A stretch of DNA of 64,000 nt, from contig JARDVH010000097.1 of NCBI GenBank assembly GCA_030324005.1, forward strand, positions 61,183,278-61,247,277, read 5' to 3'. Below are positions 39,191 to 50,860 of this stretch, in pieces (position 1 is the first letter of the stretch; every line of letters begins with the position of its first letter). This DNA is from Negaprion brevirostris. Lineage: Eukaryota. Under the pieces are notes generated by a model, which worked only from the letters and a program-made list of their open reading frames with translations, had not been told where the DNA came from and ran no database searches. Both the position numbers and the translations under genes were made by a program.

Positions 39191-40159
39191 GCCAGTGGAG
39201 CTTTCCTGTCTTGTTGAAGTCGAACCTCCACTGACGGGAGTCCCGGTGGCTGAGCAGGCAAGCCATGCAAAAGTCCGTTGACATTAGCAGGACTGGGAGA
39301 CTGCCCTCACCTGGTTCCATTCTTATTTTTCCAAATCATAACTAAAGATTCTGCAATAATTGCTTCTTTTGCCAATATATCGTCAGCCTCCATGGGATTT
39401 GAGCATTGTTGGCAAGACCAGCATTTGTTGCCCATCCCTAATGGAAGAATAAAAACAATGACAGCCTCCAAAGCTGATGGCATTGTGTTCCTCATCATTA
39501 TCTTCATGCTTCCCCTCAGCAACATCATCTGAAGACATGATCATTGATGTTAGCTATCTCAGACAGATGAAGAAAGTTGAGAGAATGAAAGGAGGTTAGA
39601 AAGGAAAAATGGAGGAACACCATCACCATTGCACCATGCTGATGCCTTCCATTAGTCTTCGGGCAGCAGCTTGCCTGTATGCCACTTTGGAAAACTAGCT
39701 GTGATCTCATATTTCAGTCGGATTTCAGTCATATTTCACAGCACTGTTGAAAATCTGATTCAAACTTAAACAACTGCCAGCCAATTTCCCAGGGCTCAGA
39801 ATATCTGACAGCCAAATGATGGTCAAAGTGGCAACTTCAGCTGGTTGATGCCTTGTAAAGATTAGCAAGAGCAGAAATGTTTTTCTTTGTCCCCAAGGAA
39901 GTCCTTGGTCCCCCTTGCAACCTCTTCTCACTGCCAAAATTGTGGTAACTGCACCTCCCCGCCCACCACCAAATCCAAATCCGTATCTCTGCTGCAACCT
40001 GAAAGCCCCCAAACCAAACTCCATCCGCCCATGCCCAGTAATCCTGTTGTTGATCATTGGATAGTCTGAAGCCATTATCTTCCCTTCCCACCAGGATCTC
40101 TGCACCATTGCCATCAATTTCATTCCCCCCGTGACCACTGCTTCTAATCACAGCATCCT

Positions 40160-40560
40160 ATTTGATCTTGAACCAACTGCTGCAAAAAGAGTCCTCTTTG
40201 CTTTCGCTACCTCAACAATTTCAATACTCCAATCCTCTGCAACCTAATTTCATCCAAAACTCTGTTGTCCATAGCCTAGCCCACACCAAATTTTGCTCAG
40301 TCACCACCACAGTGCTTGGTGACTTAATTAGCTCCAAATTCATTAACACACAATATTGAAAAAATTCATCCTAATTTCTCAAAACTCTTTACAGGTTTAT
40401 CCCGCCCTGTCTCTGGAGCTTCCACAAATCCTATAAATCTGAGTATTCAGCCTTCCTTACATTCTGGACAGTGAGGAACCCCCATCCCCCACCTCAACCA
40501 CCGATTCCCTTTTTCATCTTGGTGGCTGTGCTTTTATCCACCTAAACTCTTGAGATATCC
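40160..40560 (+). mobile_element. L2 C-terminal/3' fragment
   Basis: LQPNFIQNSVVHSLAHTK..SVTTTVLGDL resembles the L2 LQLIQNSAA..L..T....ITPVL.DLHWL motif. Confidence 0.55.
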
Positions 40561-41566
40561 TTCAGTTGTCATCATGATGATCCATATGGAATGTGATTTC
40601 CCTAAGTTTATAATAGAGGGCTACACACAGTCAATTCTTCTGCTATAAAGTCTTACATTTAATTGATTACCCGCCCAAACACATGCATTGACTTTTAATT
40701 TGCAGTTTAAATCGACAAATGATTTACACCAGATGCTTTTATTAGCTTAATATGAGTCTTCTGTTTTATTGTCTAAATAAAACCCGGAGGAGAGCATGGA
40801 ATTTTTAATGTCAAAGACCAATTATATAAATAATTCTCCATTGATGGTGCAAAGTCACAATAATTGTAAATGTTCAATACAAATATGAAAAAGGTTTCAG
40901 ATTATGCTTTATCTACCTTTCTTAATTGCTCTGCAGCCTTTGACAACATCAGATTTCTTCAAAGCCTCTATTCTGCTTTCTGACATTATGGAAGTGCCTT
41001 CACTCGATCCCTGTCACTGACTTCTCTTCCCAACTCTGAACTGTCACCCTGAGTTCCCCAAGGATTTTCTTGACCCCTGCTCTTCCTTCCTTATCTATAG
41101 GTTATCTCATGACAACATCAACTGTAGGGCTCAAATCAACTTCAAAACGTATGCTGGTAAGACCAGCCTCACCTTTTCATCACTTTTCTTGACCCATTTG
41201 CTGTCCTTGTGTTGTTAGACTGCTTGTTAAACAGGCATCCTTGTATGAGCTGCGTTTTGCTTTGGGTGAGCCTTGGGAAAATCAGAACAGGAAGGACTAG
41301 GCTGTTTGTTCCCTCAAGCCTGTTCAGCCATTCAGTGACGTGATGGCTAATTTGTGACCGCATTTCAAATATCCACCTTCGTCCTTTATCCCTTAATATC
41401 AACACAAACCTTTTAACTTCAAATTTCAAATTAACAGTCGATCCAGCATTAGTTGCTGCTTGTAACAATTTAAAATGCAATTGCACTTCATAACTCCAGC
41501 ACCTTTTGCGTGTAGAAGTGTCTCCCACCTCACTCTTGAAGGTCTGTTTCTATTTTTATAGACAGT

Positions 41567-42833
41567 GGGCCTGATTTTACCATTTTGATTCTAAGTGCTG
41601 AATCTGGGTGCAATTCAGATCCGACTTGGAAAATTGTTCTCGGGCGCCCCCATACACACTTAGCCTGATTTTAAAAAATCGCGGATCTGAATCGTGCTGT
41701 GGGTGGAGCTTATCGCTGCAGTTCTGATCGGAGCTTTGAACTGTGCGTACGCAATGAAAAAATTTGAAAAACGTGCCCTGTCACATCGCTCCCAGGCTAC
41801 AAAAATCAGATAAAGCAGCCTGGGAGCAAAAAGCAGGAGTGATGGCTCCCACAGACATCACCCTCTCCCCACACGATAACTGTCCCCTATTTCCACNNNN
41901 NNNNNNNNNNNNNNNNNNNNNNNNNNNNNNNNNNNNNNNNNNNNNNNNNNNNNNNNNNNNNNNNNNNNNNNNNNNNNNNNNNNNNNNNNNNNNNNNNNNN
42001 NNNNNNNNNNNNNNNNNNNNNNNNNNNNNNNNNNNNNNNNNNNNNNNNNNNNNNNNGCCCCTCTTTCCCCCCCCCCCACCGATTGCCCACAGAATGGCAG
42101 TGGACCCTCCTGCCCCCCACCAATCACTCGCAGAGTGGCAGTGGAGCCCCACTGCCCCACCACCAATCGCCTGCAAAGTTGCAGCTCACAGGCTCACACA
42201 TCCCCCCAACCAGAGATCCATCTGGCCTCCCTCCCCTTCCCCCAGCAGAGTTCGTCTGACCTCCCTCCCCTCCCCCCCCAACAAATGATCTGGCCGTCCT
42301 CCTCCCTTCCCCCCACCCAACCAGAGAACCATCGGGCCTCCTTCCCCCCTCTGCCCATAACCAGAGAATTATTGGGCCTCCTTCCTTCTCCCCCCCTCTC
42401 CCCCCACCAGAGAATGATCAGGCCTCCCTCCTCCCCCCTCATCTCACCAGAGGATGATCAACTCACCAGAGATACATCTGAACCACCTCCCTACCCCCCA
42501 CCACCACCAGAGAATGATTGGGCCTCTCTCCTCCCCTCTACCACCAGAGAATGATCTGCCCCACCCCCCGTGCTGAATCTGGGTGGGCAAACGCAATGGT
42601 AAAGGGGGAAATGCTGGTAAAGTTGGGCGGCAGCCCACTAATTCAATTTAAATGCATGCAAATTAATTTAAATTGCCGTTGCACCTGTTTCGGACATGTT
42701 TTGGATCGTGACCATTTTCAGGCCTTGATAAAGTGGGTAGACGTGGGCATGACTCACGTTAATTGCCTCATGCCCAACTTTACCAAGTTTTTGCATTCAA
42801 AAACGGGTATGACGCAATGCTAAAATTGGGCCC
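41567..42833. mobile_element. MITE (family of 16016-16720) with expanded internal tandem repeats
   Basis: TIRs gggcctgatttta / taaaattgggccc. C-rich ~35-45-bp units (ccagagaatgatcnggcctccctcc) at 42200-42570; gap inside. Confidence 0.8.
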
Positions 42834-43712
42834 TATGCCTCTTTGTCCTAAACCCTCCAAATGGTGGGACTAGTTTATCTCTGTTTACTTTATTAGTTCC
42901 CCATAATAATTTGAAAAATTTTGCCTTCTTTGAAAATTTCTAAATTCCAGAGAATACGGTATAACCTGAGTTTGTCTAATCTCTTTGTAATTTATCATCT
43001 TCTGATAAATCAAGTAAATTTACCAATTTATCTTGCTGTGCAGTGGTGCCCAGAACAGTTCACAGTGTTCCAGTTTGGATTAACTTTAGTATAACTTCTA
43101 CCAGCTTGAATCCTTTAGATACAAAGGCCATAAGCTTTTCTGATTATTATCTATGTCCATGGCATTTTGTTGATTGGTGCTCTTGGACCTCAGTGTCTCT
43201 TTCGACCTCCACTGCTCCCAGCACGACTCTGTTTGGAAGGTACTCTATCCTTTTTTGGTCTTACATTAAACTCCCAGTTGCCTATGTTGAAATTCATCTG
43301 TCATACTCCTGCCCATTCCATGTAACCTATCGCTATTTCTTTGGTAATTTTATGTTTCCATATACACCGATTACAAGGCTGCATAGGCTCTGTAAGACAT
43401 AGGCTATCTTGGGCATGTGGCTTTCTATCCCATCAAAGTTATTAATAAGTAGTAAATAGTTGAGACCTCAGCACAAGAATTTTGCTGCTGACCATAACCA
43501 TATCCTAAGTAACTGCCTATTCTCCATTTCCTGTAATTCATCCAATTTCATCTTTAGCTATTAAGTCTCTTATGAGGGACTTAATCAAATGCCTTTCTGA
43601 AAGTCCAAATAAATAACATCCATAGATACTTCACCATCCATTACTTCAGTCATCTCTTCAAAAGATTCTATCAGTTTTGGCAAGTATCACCTACCCTTTA
43701 CTAATCCATACT

Positions 43713-44040
43713 TCGTAGACTCGTTGAAACTCTACAGTGCAGAAGGAAGCCACTCAACCTGTCAAGCCTGCACCGACTCTCCAACAGAGCAGTTTACCAC
43801 ATATTTACCACACTAATACGTGTGGTAAACCTACATATCCTGGGACGTGCACATACTAGGAAACAAATGGACAACTTAGCCAATCAACCTAACCTGCACA
43901 TCTTTGAAACTGGAGCACCCGGAGGAGACCCATACAGACATGGGAAAAATGTGCAAATTCTACACAGCTAGTCCTCCAAGGTCGAAATTAAATCCGGGTC
44001 CCTGGTGCTGTGAGGCAGCAGGGCTAACAACTGTGTCACT
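43713..44040 (-). mobile_element. HE1-like V-SINE nested in CR1
   Basis: ctacagtgcagaaggaagcc tail; acctaacctgcacatctttg; gggtccctggtgctgtgaggcagca head. Confidence 0.85.
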
Positions 44041-44235
44041 TGTTTTCCCAGATCGCCTGAGAATTTTCAATTTGTTCAGTCACTCTATCCTTAGTCATAC
44101 TCTCAGATAATTTCCTAAAAGCAAATGTTTGTCTAACAGATCAATAGTTCCCAGGTTTCCACCTCACCTTTCTTAACTAATGGAATGACATGCACAATTT
44201 TCCAAACTAAAAGTGATGGTTCACTCAGAGTCCAA

Positions 44236-44249
44236 GTTGCTATGGCAAC
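44236..44249. promoter_or_regulatory. RFX X-box motif
   Basis: GTTGCTATGGCAAC matches the palindromic RFX consensus GTTGCCATGGCAAC at 13/14. Function unproven. Confidence 0.3.
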
Positions 44250-44364
44250 ATCACTTTTACATGTTGTATGTTGTAATCTGGAGCTATGGATTATGATGGT
44301 AGAGGCTGCACCTTTCTTTCATTACATGGCTGACCATCCTTGCTGCCTGCTACTGACATGTGTT

Positions 44365-44510
44365 GGAAGGATTTTCAGGTTAATAATAAATCTATTTGGT
44401 CACATTATGAATTGCAGCTTCCTTGGACAGCAAATTCTAGGCTGGGACTCAAACCTGGAAACTTCTGGCTCAGAGACAGGTTCCTACTCCCACCCCACAA
44501 AACCTCCTTC
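44365..44510 (-). mobile_element. Short tRNA-headed SINE fragment
   Basis: Minus strand: ggaggttttgtggggtgggagtaggaacctgtctctgagccagaagtttccaggtttgagtccc (tRNA-like head with B box). Confidence 0.55.
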
Positions 44511-44587
44511 CAAACCAAAAGAACAAAGCCAAAATCAAGAAAACTTCAAAAGATTATTGTTAGAGTGTCTGCAATGTTCGAGCAGAA

Positions 44588-44830
44588 GAACAATAGAAAT
44601 AGGAGTTGGAATAGACCCTGGGGCCTGCTTCACTATTCAACAAGATCATCGTTGACCTTCTACCTCAACTCAACTCCCTACATTATCCCTATAATACCTT
44701 AATTCTGTTAGTAACCAAAAAACAATTAACATCCATCTTGAATAAACTCAATAAGTGAATACCCACAGCCCTCTAGGGTAGAAAATTCTAAAGATTCACA
44801 GTGTTTGAGTGGAGAAATGTTTCCTCACTT
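44588..44830 (-). mobile_element. CR1 3' end
   Basis: gaacaatagaaataggag...attcaacaagatcat...cacagccctctagggtagaaaattctaaagattcaca. Confidence 0.8.
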
Positions 44831-45464
44831 ACTTACTCTGAAATCCCAAGATGTATATCTTCTGGTCCTGCGGGTTTGTTGTTCATTAGTGCAGTTATTT
44901 TATTGTTTACATTTATATTAAGTATGTTTACTTTGGATAGTCACCTTCCTGGTTCAAGATGAGTTTCTTTGAGATGTTTGGGATGCTATCTTCTGCCTTT
45001 TCTGTAAAATCTGATGCAAAGTAATTATTCAACATATTTACCATTGTTTTCATTTGTAGTATCATGGTTATCTGTCTTCGAGTGGCCACATTTCTCCTTT
45101 TTCCAAATATGACAGGACTTTTTTTTGCATTGATTTTGAAATTCCTGGCATTGTTCTTCTCAGGTTCTGTTTTTGTAGCTCTTACTATCTGTTTTGTCAG
45201 CACTTGGGTGGAATTGAATGGCCTTACCTGTGGTGAGTTTGCTGTTGGGGACATCATTTAATTAGACCAGCAGTGGCAGGTGGGAACCCACCATCCTCCC
45301 ACCTCCATGGCAGGAAGGTCTATGGGTGGCCTTCCCACCCTGTTACCATTTGAGGCCCTTAAGTTGTCAATAATGCCCACTTAAGGGCATTATCCTGATG
45401 GGGGCTCACTATATGAAGAGCATCACAAACAAATCTCTGTAGGGTTGCATGTGGGTTACCTAAA

Positions 45465-45760
45465 TTCCTCCAGTGCTTCAACCCTCCAATGAATTCCACA
45501 GTCCTCTAATTCCAGCAGTTTTGTGCCTTCCCTCCTAACTTACTCCCATCAGAAGTGATATATTCAATTACCAGGCCTCACACTTCAGAAAGCCTTCCTG
45601 CAACCCTCCTTTCTCTTTCAAACCGTAAGAACCTCCCTAAAGATTGTTTTTTTTAAACTGACCCTTCTTGTTACCTTCTTTGGCTCAGTGTCCATTTCTC
45701 CCTTTCACATCAATGGCAACATTTTATCCACGTTAACAGTGCTAAGGTTTTGTTGTGCTA
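45465..45760 (+). mobile_element. L2 3' end, degraded
   Basis: cctccag...tcctctaattccagc...ccttctttggctcagtgtc...acgttaacagtgct...ttgttgt tail. Confidence 0.55.
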
Positions 45761-47029
45761 TTGGCATATTTAAAGAAGCATGCCACGGCTAACTCTGCCA
45801 ACTCTATGGCATTGCAAACCTCCCAAATTTAGACGAGCTCCCTGCACCGCCCAGTCTTCACAGGAGAGGCTTGTCAGTCAGCTGAAACTGATTACTGGCT
45901 AAGTATAATTGCACCAGGTTTTATTATGCTCCGAGAAGGTTTAACACTGTGAAGAATAATTGATCCTCTTTATGTAGAACAGTACTTTAACAGGCTGTTG
46001 GACATTCAAGACTTCATCTTTTACAACACATAATTAAAAGTAATATAGCCTTTAAACTTGGGCGGTGAAACTGAGTGAGCTAATGACCTGAGCCAAACCC
46101 TGCATTCTGTACAAAATGAACACGGTTAATTCTCATTCTGGTCTCAGTGGCTGAGAGAAAACTTTCTATCTTAGGTATTGAAACTAGAATCACAGTGATT
46201 TCCTACAGAATGCCTCATTCATCAAATGCCCATTTGCAAACATTGGCAAAATTGTTTCTAAACAGAAATAAAATGAATGGTGAAAATCCAAGTTGTTTAT
46301 ATCCAGATAGACCAAAATACAGTGTGCGTATTCTATTGATACAAATTGCATTTTCTGAAGTAATTCTATGGGAGACTTTAAATTTAAAGAAACTTCTATG
46401 ACACTATTGTAAAAGGTTCCATACATGGGTGGACACATTGATGAGTCTGAATTAGTTTGGGGTTGAAGAGAAAGAATGGTTCTGATTGACTAAGAGCCAC
46501 TGTAAAAAAAAACTACTAAATGTGATTTCACACCGCCTCAGATCCTTTTATTGTTCTGTATAAGAGAGGCTGCGACAAAGTCAAGCTAATTGTCGACGGT
46601 TACTGAAAATCAATTCAAGCTGTATAAAACATAGCCAGAATCAGGTGTTAATAATGAACTCCAAGGTTTGCATTTTTCTCAACTGGAAAACAGAAAGGTG
46701 GTCAGAAGTGTAATCCACATTTAGAGGGCATTCACCTATCTTGCATAGAAAGAAGGGGTTAGAATTTAACTGGCAGAGTATGCCCGCTGCCTGCTCAATG
46801 GTGCCAACATGAGGCAATAATTCTGAGGGCCCGGCCTTGCTGCATAAGACTGTGGACAAATAGAATAAGCTCCCAGCTGGCAGGGTGAAACCATATCATA
46901 CAGGGGATGAGGCTAGTCCATTGCACTCGTGTGTGCTGACACCTGCAATGGTAGTTTACCCAGGCTAGGGTAGAGTAAAGGATCAGAGTAGCCAATGAGG
47001 TTAAACCCAGTCTTTATCTGACGTTCAAA

Positions 47030-47061
47030 ATCATCTCGGCCTTTTGGCTAAGATGAAGCGT
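47030..47061 (+). pseudogene. U2 snRNA 5' fragment (head of a chimeric element)
   Basis: TCTCGGCCTTTTGGCTAAGAT (47034-47054) is an exact 21-nt match to the U2 5' end (ATCGCTTCTCGGCCTTTTGGCTAAGATCAAGTGT); similarity ends after about nt 34. Confidence 0.85.
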
Positions 47062-48256
47062 CCAATCAAGTCCAAGGTGGGGTGTAATCTTGTCAGTTTG
47101 GATCCTGTTTGTCCCTCACATAGGAACCATGACTGGGATTCAGAAACATTGGGCTGGTTGATGGATCCATTGCAGCAGCAGCCCAGCTTTGATTTTGTTG
47201 GTCTGGTATAGGACCTCTGCTCCTCCCAGCCTTTAAAAAGTAAATTAACATTTAACTGCTGGACTTCTCTTCAGCTGGACTGCCAGCTGATAACATGCAG
47301 AGCGCTGCTCAGCAAACATCCTAAAATGACATTTCTTAATGTAATTAGATGTTAATTTACATATTCAAATTGCCTAGCACTTGAATCAAGCAGATGCCAT
47401 TTGGCCATAAACGCTTGTGAAACTGGCTTTGGCTTGAGATGGAATGGGCCAGAACCTTGTTCCCAATGTTTTTGGGATGTTTCCATCAATGAAAACCCAC
47501 TACAAAATGCCACAACTACTATGTTGAGGAGATGGATGTGGACCTACTATTCTGAATTTTAAGATAGTGCTAACATAGCTAACAGGCTGACAGAATAAAA
47601 AGCATTCAGGATGGAAAGAAAGAAACAAGAATCTTGTTAACTGGAAAAGCAACAAAGAGCTGAGCACAAAGCTTGTATTCTAAAGAAGTGTAAATTGGGC
47701 AACAGGGAGGATGGACGTAAATACAGAAGGCCGCAATTTTAACAGCTTAAGAAAGATTGAGTTATAGTTGAAAATGTTATGCTAAACTTTAATATCAGCG
47801 TAAGATAACAAAGTGAATACAAATAAAAGTGCTTATTCATATTAGGTGAAAAAAAATTGTCAACATGACATCTAACAGTGTCTGATTCAATCTATGTTTC
47901 CTTCCACGATCCTTCCCAAAAGACCATCCAAATGAGGATTAGGATTCTCAGCAAGATTAAAGGAAATGCACCAATTATTGGTGAGTGAATGCTGGCAAAT
48001 CTGCCCTAATATTGTCAGAATTGAAAGGTCAGTTGTTGCTTTGGAGAAGAAGCTGGGATAAATTAAAATGAATAGTAAGAGGATAACTTTTTTTTTACCA
48101 AAACTGGAAACGTTCTGGAAAAAGAAAGGGAAAAACCAGAAGTGAATAAGACAAAGAATCCAAAGCCCACTCCCATGTACAGATTATGAGGGGTGTGACT
48201 ATTTCTTGGTAGCCTCAGCATTGCTAATTTTTGAATTGTGTAGGCGGATGGAGTTA

Positions 48257-48812
48257 AGATTTGATTTGATNNNNNNNNNNNNNNNNNNNNNNNNNNNNNN
48301 NNNNNNNNNNNNNNNNNNNNNNNNNNNNNNNNNNNNNNNNNNNNNNNNNNNNNNNNNNNNNNNNNNNNNNNNNNNNNNNNNNNNNNNNNNNNNNNNNNNN
48401 NNNNNNNNNNNNNNNNNNNNNNNNNNNNNNNNNNNNNNNNNNNNNNNNNNNNNNNNNNNNNNNNNNNNNNNNNNNNNNNNNNNNNNATGTAACCTCAGAC
48501 TCTAATCTTTTTCCCAATGGAAGAAGGTGGAAGAGAAAACGTCCGGGGTGCATGGGGTCCTTGATTATGCTGGCTGCTTTTCTGAGGCAGAGGGAAGTGT
48601 GGATAGTGTCAGTGGATGGGAGGCTGATTTGCATAATGGACTGGGCTTCCTTCACAGCCCTTTGTAGTTTCTTGTGGTCTTGGACAGAGCAGGAGTCATA
48701 CCAAACTGTGATACAACCAGAAAGGATGCTTTCTACGGCGCATCTATAAAAGTTGGTGAGAGTTGGAGTGGGCATATGCCACATTTCCTGAGCCTCCTGA
48801 GAAATAGAGGCA
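48257..48812 (-). mobile_element. Rex-Babar LINE 3' portion
   Basis: TLTNFYRCAVESILSGCITVWYDSCSVQDHKKLQRAVKEAQSI...RKAASIIKDPMHPG..LFHLLPLG is a Rex1/Babar C-terminus. An (ATCAA)n tail lies beyond the gap. Confidence 0.9.
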
Positions 48813-50548
48813 TTGGTGCAGATCAGCCATGATCTTACTGAACGGGACAGGATCAAGGGATTGAATCACCTTTCCTGTTCCCAAGTCCCACCCGGCAACA
48901 TAATGTGGTCCTTAATTTTGAAATTCCTGTCAAACAATGCAAATAACACTTACCTTCAGTGTAGTATAAACTGCTCATCCACATCTTCACTACAGTCTAC
49001 ATTCTGTTCTCATCTGTTTCAATTTCATAGACCTATGCACAGCCAAGACCCTTCACTTTTTGCTCTTTCATTTGAAAATGTTTCCACTTTTTTAAAATTT
49101 TATTCCCAGCATAAACTACCTTGATGCTTTTTTTTCCTTTAGTTGACAAGCTGAGACAGCCTAGGCAGTGAACTTCTCAATCATTTCTCTCGGAGCTACT
49201 GTATATTAATGATTCAATAGAAGGCACACTTTACAGAGCAAAATATACATCCCTAATAAACTTTCCTTTCCATTTTCCAGGATGGCAACCAGAAGCCATC
49301 CATCCCCACAATGATCAAAATACAGCCACACATGACACTTAAATTAAAATGTTTGTTGAAGCTGTCACAAAAAAAGCTCTTATTGGAAGTCCAATATTCC
49401 TTGAATTTCAAGCTTCAATGCTTCATTTATGTTCTGTGGATTCCTCCTGGATTGCTTTCTTACCAACTGAAAATACGCCACTCATCTCATCATTTAAATT
49501 TGGCCATCTCCTTGGTGAGAGTCACATTTTGCACTGAATTATGGGAAGGTTGCATTGGTTTGCAGTAAAAGAAATCAGAGCAATGAAGTTTGGTTTCAAT
49601 CCGATTTGGCAACTTTTTGCTCTGCTGTCCTTCTTAGGCTTGTATCTGCATTAATCTATAGCAAGCTCTGTATAATGACAGAATTTTTTTTTTGCAAATT
49701 TATCTGCATTATTTATTGCCCATGCATGGAATTTACTCAGTTTTGTTGACTATCTGAGGCTGCTCATTTCCTTTGAAGTGTGAATTCATTGATATAAAAT
49801 GTGCAAAGCTAACAAACAAACTACAAAGCAATGAAACATCAGTATAAAACCAATTTTTTACTTGAATGAACATCAAACTGCTCATTATGTGTCCCATAGT
49901 ATCTCACTGGAAGTAAATATTTGTATAGGCTTTGTGTAACAATTGAAAACAAGTAAATATGGGCTACAGTGCTTTTAATAAAATGTACTTAATGAGTAAC
50001 AATGTAAAACAGAATCCATCAAACCACTGTAAACAAATACTGACAAAATAATTGTAAGCTCAGATACACATCACTGAATATGCAGAATGACTTTGATATC
50101 ACAATTATATTGTGTGATACAAGTAAATATTTTAAATCATAACTGCAGAGTCTAAGCCACCTTCTCCATTTGATGAACCTTCAAGACATACAGGAGAAAC
50201 CTGAGCAGCGATAACTCCAGTGGTAGTGGTTACACTCCAGGGTTATCTCTCACAAGTAATATTTGAGTGTTGATCATGACAAGTCCTAAGAAGATTTGAT
50301 TGTGTGCAAGCAGAAGCAAGTATTCTGAATTATTTAAACAAACAGTGCCATCTTTACTTTCCAGTTAGAATTCCACTTTGTGAGTCAGTGAGAGAATTTT
50401 CAGTCTGTATCTGATCGTGCTTCCAGGTCTTGCAAGCGCAAGGGCGTGATTAGTGGCTGGTGTGGGAAATGATTAAAGACAGCCTCGTTAGTGGTGGCTT
50501 GTATCTTGAACAAACAATATTAAACGCTCATAGACATTGGATGTGATT

Positions 50549-50860
50549 AGAACATAGAACATAGAACACTACAGCACAAACAGGCCCTTCGGCCCACGAG
50601 TTGCGCCGATCACATCAACANNNNNNNNNNNNNNNNNNNNNNNNNNNNNNNNNNNNNNNNNNNNNNNNNNNNNNNNNNNNNNNNNNNNNNNNNNNNNNNN
50701 NNNNNNNNNNNNNNNNNNNNNNNNNNNNNNNNNNNNNNNNNNNNNNNNNNNNNNNNNNNNNNNNNNNNNNNNNNNNNNATTCCCTTCAATATCTTATATA
50801 CCTCTATCATGTCTCCCCTCAATCTCCATCTTTCCAAGGAGAAAAGTCCCAGTTTATTTA
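50549..50860 (-). mobile_element. Young CR1 3' end spanning a gap
   Basis: (AGAACAT)n tail plus caggcccttcggccc. After the gap, the reverse strand reads KLGLFSLERWRLRGDMIEVYKILKG. Confidence 0.85.

Larger units (their letters stand above)
41275..45200 (-). mobile_element. Old, long CR1 LINE fragmented by nested insertions
   Basis: 3'UTR at 41275-41566. Body at 42834-43710 includes the reverse of LIESFEEMTEVMDGEVSMDVIYLDFQK. Further pieces at 44045-44210 and 44935-45200 (MLNNYFASDFT). Confidence 0.75.

Noticed and set aside
42135-42554. Proline-rich 139-aa ORF
   Set aside because: Product of C-rich tandem repeats inside a MITE.
47030-47220. Functional U2 snRNA gene
   Set aside because: Only about 34 of ~190 nt match; the branch-point recognition sequence GTAGTA and the Sm site are absent.
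49261-49568. Strong splice acceptor (ctttcctttccattttccag) followed by an open frame
   Set aside because: The peptide (DGNQKPSIPTMIKIQ...) is unrecognisable and no convincing partner exons were found; insufficient support.
50190-50252. Possible pre-miRNA hairpin or small exon
   Set aside because: Pairing is weak and bulged, with no match to any miRNA I recognise; splice signals are weak.
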